Below, in pieces: positions 53,080 through 64,000 of a stretch of DNA of 64,000 nt. Position 1 is the first letter of the stretch. The number at the start of each line of letters is the position of its first letter. A program made the translations under genes and the position numbers. This stretch comes from the human T2T-CHM13v2.0 reference genome, Homo sapiens: NCBI RefSeq assembly GCF_009914755.1, contig NC_060934.1; one strand, written 5' to 3'. A model generated the notes under the pieces. The model was not told the origin of the DNA. It saw only the letters and a list, made by a program, of their open reading frames with translations, and did no database searches.

Positions 53080-53652
53080 TCACCAGACGCCCGCATGCCG
53101 GACCTCAAAAGCGCAAACGCTAAAAACCGGTTGAGTTGACGCACGGAGAGAAGGGGTGTGTGGGTGGGTGGGTGTGTGTTAGTGTGCGTGCTTGCTTGTG
53201 TGTGGAAGAAACCAACAGGGTTCACGCTGGTGCCCATTTCTGGAAATGCCAATCGCGCCCGACTGCGGGAGCCAGGATCAGGTCCCCAGGGCGCCCTTGC
53301 AGACAGCACCCTGAGCGAAGGAGCTCAGAAGGCAGTCCGGCTTCACCCAGACCCCCAATCCCACAGAAGCGCCGTCCCCCAGCGGCACAGCACCCCCTCC
53401 CCGGCGCGGTGGTAGGGCCCGACGTGACGTCACCCATTGTTTACAAATCAACCCGAGCCGGCAGGATTCCGGCTCCCGCGGCTGCAGGCGCGCGGCTAGA
53501 GTGCCTGGCGGGCTCCGGCTTCCGCGTCCGCCCCGGCCCCGGTCCAGACTTAGTCTTCAGCTCCGCGCCCGCTCCGCCGCGGCCCACCGCGCCCGCCGGC
53601 AGCCGAGCCCCCAGCGACGCCCGCACAGCTCCGGGTGCCCAGACAGGGGGCC
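53080..53652 (+). promoter_or_regulatory. FRAT1: FRAT1 CpG-island promoter and 5' leader
   Basis: CpG-rich. CCAAT 53249-53253, palindromic CRE TGACGTCA 53425-53432, forkhead site TTGTTTAC 53437-53444. TSS inferred near 53460. Confidence 0.8.
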
Positions 53653-54492
53653 ATGCCGTGCCGGAGGGAGGAGGAAGAGGAAGCCGGCGAGGAGGCGGAG
53701 GGGGAGGAAGAGGAGGAGGACAGCTTCCTCCTACTGCAGCAGTCAGTGGCGCTGGGCAGCTCGGGCGAGGTGGACCGGCTGGTGGCCCAGATCGGCGAGA
53801 CGCTGCAGCTGGACGCGGCGCAGCACAGCCCGGCCTCGCCGTGCGGGCCCCCGGGGGCGCCGCTGCGGGCCCCGGGGCCCCTGGCTGCGGCGGTGCCGGC
53901 GGACAAGGCCAGGTCCCCGGCGGTGCCGCTGCTGCTGCCGCCCGCGTTGGCGGAGACTGTGGGCCCGGCGCCCCCTGGGGTCCTGCGCTGCGCCCTGGGG
54001 GACCGCGGCCGCGTGCGGGGCCGCGCTGCGCCCTACTGCGTGGCCGAGCTCGCCACAGGCCCCAGCGCGCTGTCCCCACTGCCCCCTCAGGCCGACCTTG
54101 ATGGGCCTCCGGGAGCTGGCAAGCAGGGCATCCCGCAGCCGCTGTCGGGTCCGTGCCGGCGAGGATGGCTCCGGGGCGCCGCCGCCTCCCGCCGCCTGCA
54201 GCAGCGACGCGGGTCCCAACCAGAAACCCGCACAGGCGACGACGACCCGCACCGGCTTCTGCAGCAGCTAGTGCTCTCTGGAAACCTCATCAAGGAGGCC
54301 GTGCGAAGGCTTCATTCGCGACGGCTGCAGTTACGTGCAAAGCTTCCCCAACGCCCGCTCCTGGGACCTCTGTCGGCCCCGGTGCATGAACCCCCTTCGC
54401 CTCGCAGCCCTCGCGCGGCCTGCAGTGACCCTGGCGCCTCCGGGAGGGCGCAGCTCAGAACTGGCGACGGCGTTCTTGTGCCTGGCAGCTAA
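53653..54492 (+). CDS. FRAT1: FRAT1, GSK-3-binding Wnt activator, intronless, 279 aa
   Basis: GCC ATG CCG at 53653 to TAA at 54490-54492. Acidic N-terminus MPCRREEEEE and GSK3-binding domain DDDPHRLLQQLVLSGNLIKEAVRRLHSRR (from 54238). C-terminus ...GDGVLVPGS and length match FRAT1 rather than FRAT2. Confidence 0.97.
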   Translation: MPCRREEEEEAGEEAEGEEEEEDSFLLLQQSVALGSSGEVDRLVAQIGETLQLDAAQHSPASPCGPPGAPLRAPGPLAAAVPADKARSPAVPLLLPPALAETVGPAPPGVLRCALGDRGRVRGRAAPYCVAELATGPSALSPLPPQADLDGPPGAGKQGIPQPLSGPCRRGWLRGAAASRRLQQRRGSQPETRTGDDDPHRLLQQLVLSGNLIKEAVRRLHSRRLQLRAKLPQRPLLGPLSAPVHEPPSPRSPRAACSDPGASGRAQLRTGDGVLVPGS

Positions 54493-56112
54493 CACGCCCG
54501 GGGTGGCCACAGCGCCAGCCTCAGACTGGAGGGCAAGGGGTTCCCTTGAGGGCTGCAGTTCTACTCAGGCTGGTGGAGAACTCTGGCTTTTGGAAGCGAG
54601 AGTAAAAAGCTAATGACGAGGAACCGAAAAATCGCGAGTGTTTCGCGGGTAACTGGGGTTGAGGGCCAAAATATTTGGAATGAAGGACTTGGCCCTATTT
54701 AAGGCAGATTTTACAGAGCGCACCTCAAACGTACAAGTCAGTAGGACTCCTTATTTGGCGTGACCCGACCTGGCCGCGGAGCCTGCATTTCCTCGCAGCC
54801 TCTCAGTGCCCTCCAGCCCCGCGACCATGTGGCCACAATCCACGCTTCTCCGGATCGCGGTGCGCCGGAACCACGGAGGATGATGCCAGTTACTTGCTTT
54901 ACCTTTTCAGGGCTGGCTCCTGATCCACTTTGGGGGAGGAGAACATGAGTAGATAATTTCAGGGTGCAGCCCAATCTGCCAGACTTAAAAAAACCATCTT
55001 GTGTCTTTGGAGGTGCTGCTTAATACCAAACATGCGGTGCCATGAAGGGACCCTTTGGGGGTTGAATAGGAGTTAACCCCTGCGCTCTCTTTGCAACTGT
55101 CTCTCTTCTCAGAGTGGTGGGGGAAGGCTGTACGACACGGGTGGGGAAAGGAGGTGGGGGCGGGGAGTATTGAATGGTGGTGGAAGGGTAGAGAGGCGCG
55201 GAGTGAACCCCACGCCCTGTCTAAAGTGTATTTTCAGAGCCGGCCCGCCTCTCCTCGGTTCAAGGTCACTGTTTCCTGGGCACGCACTGGGTTGCGGGAC
55301 AGAGTAGCCAGGTTCTGCCGGTGCTCGGAGAAGAGCGCAGTGTTTTGCAAGTGCTGGAGTCTCCTGAGGACACGCGCGTCGCCGCCACCGCGGGTGTGGG
55401 AAAGCGCGGACGTGCTGGGCGGCTGTGCTTCGGTAGGCGACCACCGCCCCTGGCCGCGCTCCGGGCTTTCACGGAAACTCCCGAGACCGGGCCCTGGGTT
55501 CCTCCTCTCCTACTCGGCTCTGCAGTCCTACTCAAGCGGGTGGCTCTGGGATCCTGGGGGCCTGGGTTGGGGGCTAGGGAGACGCCATGTGATGGACACT
55601 CCAGGGACACACAGCCTAGCACAGCAGCTTATAATGGGCTCTCCGGGGCCATTTGCAATAACAGCTGCAATTCCCTGGATAGACGAGTTGATTTCCTCCC
55701 TCTGCCCCTCCCCCAGCCATGCCAGCTGGCCTTTGTAAGTGCAGGAAACCGAGTAGAAAATGTGACCCTCCAAATGGAGAAGCTGCAGGCTTTGCCATTG
55801 TGAACCATGGTGAAGTGCTTGGAACATACTGTTCACTCACTCTAAAGGCGCTGAGACTGTGCTGTTGTTCTCGTTTTTATAGTCAATGGCTTGTTCATCA
55901 TCCAGATGTGGCTACTGACATATCTACACTTCGCACCGGAGTGTCTGGAATTGTGGCTATCCTGATTATAGGATTTTAACTTAACTGAAATGCCTGCTTT
56001 GAATAAATGTGTTGGGTTTTTTGTTTGGTTTTATTTTATACTTGCCATCAGTGAAAAAGATGTACAGAACACATTTCTCTGATCTCCATAAACATGAAAA
56101 CACTTGAAATCT
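54493..56112 (+). other. FRAT1: FRAT1 3' UTR (approximate end)
   Basis: Repeat-free sequence after the stop codon, ending at AATAAA 56002 / CATAAA 56087. Consistent with a recalled mRNA of about 2.6 kb. Confidence 0.7.
56002..56007 (+). terminator. Candidate FRAT1 polyadenylation signal AATAAA
   Basis: Canonical hexamer followed by a GU/U-rich tract (56009-56038). Confidence 0.6.
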
Positions 56113-56785
56113 CTGTCAGCCTGGCTTGTGGATGGTAATTAGAGCGCCTTTGTGTCTGAGCAGCTCACTAGCTAGACAAGGTCTCCGCAGCTGGGTGTGT
56201 ATTGGAGCTGGCATGAAATTAAATGAAAGTGAGGTCAGGTTTTGGACCAATCCCATTCGTTAAAACCTCAGAGCCTTTTGGATTACTAGTCAGTGATGGA
56301 GATGTGTTATAAAGCTGCCTCTATTAGCAAAGGACATCAGATCAGCCAGTCACTGCAAACTGGGAGGCTTATCTTTTTTTTTTTCTTTTTCTTTTTTTCT
56401 TCTTTCTCACCGTGGCCATTAAGTGCACTTGTTCCACAAGGTGGGCCTTAAGGCTGGGGCAGCTCTTGATTAGGAGACTGCTCACAATGTGAGCCTGGTG
56501 GTAGGAAAGCTGGGTGGAAACTTACAAAAGACTCCTGTCTTTGCCCCTGGCACATTTATACCATTCTGTCCCTAAGCAGTGACATAACAGGCCATGTCTA
56601 TCCTTATGGTTCTGACTTACTTCAGTCTGTTCCCTCATGGAAGGAGCTAATTTCCTCCCTCTGAGGAAAGAGTACCCAGAGTTTAAGCCCACTTCTGAAG
56701 TGGGAAGGGAACCTTGGACAAGTTGCTCTACCTCTGTGGCTTCAGTTTCCTCATCCGTACAACAGGGATAATGAAATAAAAGGTG

Positions 56786-59463
<2,678 letters not shown>

Positions 59464-60811
59464 TTAGACCATTTTATAGGTGGAAAAATAGTCCAAGGAA
59501 GTGAGCAGGGAAGAATGACCTACCAAAGTTGTTTATGAAGCCAGAGGCCTAGCAGAGTCTAGAACCTAGGTCTCCCAGCTCCCAACTCAGGGCTCTTTCC
59601 AGTGGCTCCATATCATCAAACATGGTCCAATATTGTTCACTGCACAACTCTGCACATAGGCTACCATGGGAATGACATCCCTACAATTGCCCAAATTGGT
59701 GACCCTGCCATTGGAACCCTGGAAAATTCTGCTCCAAGTTCCTAGGCTGAGTTAGGGAATGCCATTTCCTTACAAAATGTTCAGCATCCTATGAAGACAG
59801 CTGGCCACAGAAAATGGCCTGGGTGAGATATGAGAACAAAGCTACAAATGGAATGAAACAAAGTGACACATACATTGGCAAATAAGTGATTTAGAGAAAA
59901 GAATGCCACACCTCACAGAGAACTCCAGAGTCTGCCACCCCAAGATTTCATTCTAAATTAGGCATACATCCGACAATATTTGGATTCAATTTTTACCCGT
60001 TTTTGCTCTTTTTCCAGCTCAGATGCAGAAAGCTGGAGCGAAGATCAGACACCACTTTCCTATCTAGCAAAGTCTATGTTGAAACCTGTGATCCCTTCCT
60101 TCCAATCAGGAAAGAGTTACCTTGGCAACGAAATTACTAACTCACTCAATTAGCCCCCACTTCTACCAATGCTCAGTAATCACAGACCATCAGCCCCCGG
60201 AGAGCTCAGCTTTCAGCAGTCTGATGCTACCGCCTCATTTAGAGATGGAAGCTCAGAGAGGTTTCCACTCCGAGGTGCACTCCATTTGAACACTGTGAAA
60301 GCTGGTGCAGGCAAAGGGGCAAAACTCTTCCGAGTAGTGTTTCCTCCTGGTTTTCCATCATAACTGAAGGGAGAGCAATTGACCTGCCCCTACCAGTGTT
60401 ACCCAAAAGACATAATAGGTAAGAGTGGGGGGTCTGCAGGCAGCCCTCCACTGTCGGCTGTGTGATATGGGACAGGTTCAGTAAGCTCAATGAACTCATT
60501 TGCAAAATGTGGGTAAGGGTAGAGCACCTTGAAGACTTGTGTGAAAATTAAATTAGAACCAAAGAGCAAATGGTATGGGAACCAAAGAGCAAATAATAAA
60601 CAAAACAGAACACTGTTCCTGAGAGACGTTGCATTAAGCCCACTTCTTTGAGTCTTCTGCAGAAAACCCTGCCTCTTACTGACTTCTTCAATATTTCTTA
60701 ACAGGCACAAACCTGTTTCTTCTGAAGGTCAGACCAGTTTCCTGATCATGCACCCCAGTTGCATAGGTGGGTGTTAAGGGAAGTGTAGAAGAAGGGAATA
60801 AGGGTGGAGGC

Positions 60812-64000
<3,189 letters not shown>

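Noticed and set aside
53235-53248. Palindrome CATTTCTGGAAATG as an HSE/STAT site
   Set aside because: Only two nGAAn units and the wrong spacing for a canonical GAS site.
53635-53652. ORF-track start of FRAT1 (MPRQGA)
   Set aside because: The codon is GTG; the canonical ATG is at 53653. Kept only as a speculative extension.
53441-54293. Antisense ORFs over FRAT1 (212, 169 and 118 aa)
   Set aside because: Low-complexity Pro/Gly/Ala/Arg shadows of a GC-rich CDS.
55091-55803. 215-aa and 160-aa ORFs in the FRAT1 3' UTR
   Set aside because: Non-ATG starts, no recognisable domain, GC-rich context.

Overview
Human genomic DNA, very Alu-rich, recognisable as the ARHGAP19-FRAT1 interval (chr10q24.1, from recall). 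The minus strand carries ARHGAP19 coding exons 1-4 (26774-26829, 2595-2860, 1561-1641, 156-365). All have GT-AG boundaries and join in frame into MATEAQSEGE...HLKIA, behind a CpG-island promoter with a CCAAT cluster and a CHR. The plus strand carries intronless FRAT1 (CDS 53653-54492, 279 aa) with its CpG island and long 3' UTR. The rest is retroposed material: a full-length THE1 MaLR provirus, a near full-length CD164 processed pseudogene that the ORF track shows only as fragments, an L1-retroposed spliced HERV-W RNA, a 7SL pseudogene, an RPL12 processed pseudogene, MST/MLT LTRs, old L1/L2/MIR fragments and dozens of Alus. Most short ORFs in the track are Alu artefacts. The most novel-looking signal is in the CD164 retrocopy: a 151-nt, stop-free insert exactly at the exon 4/5 junction, which is a probable fossil cassette exon of CD164. 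I see no new multi-gene system; the novelty lies in fossil RNA isoforms and candidate regulatory co-options. Comparisons to parent genes and repeat consensus sequences are from memory and need alignment to confirm.
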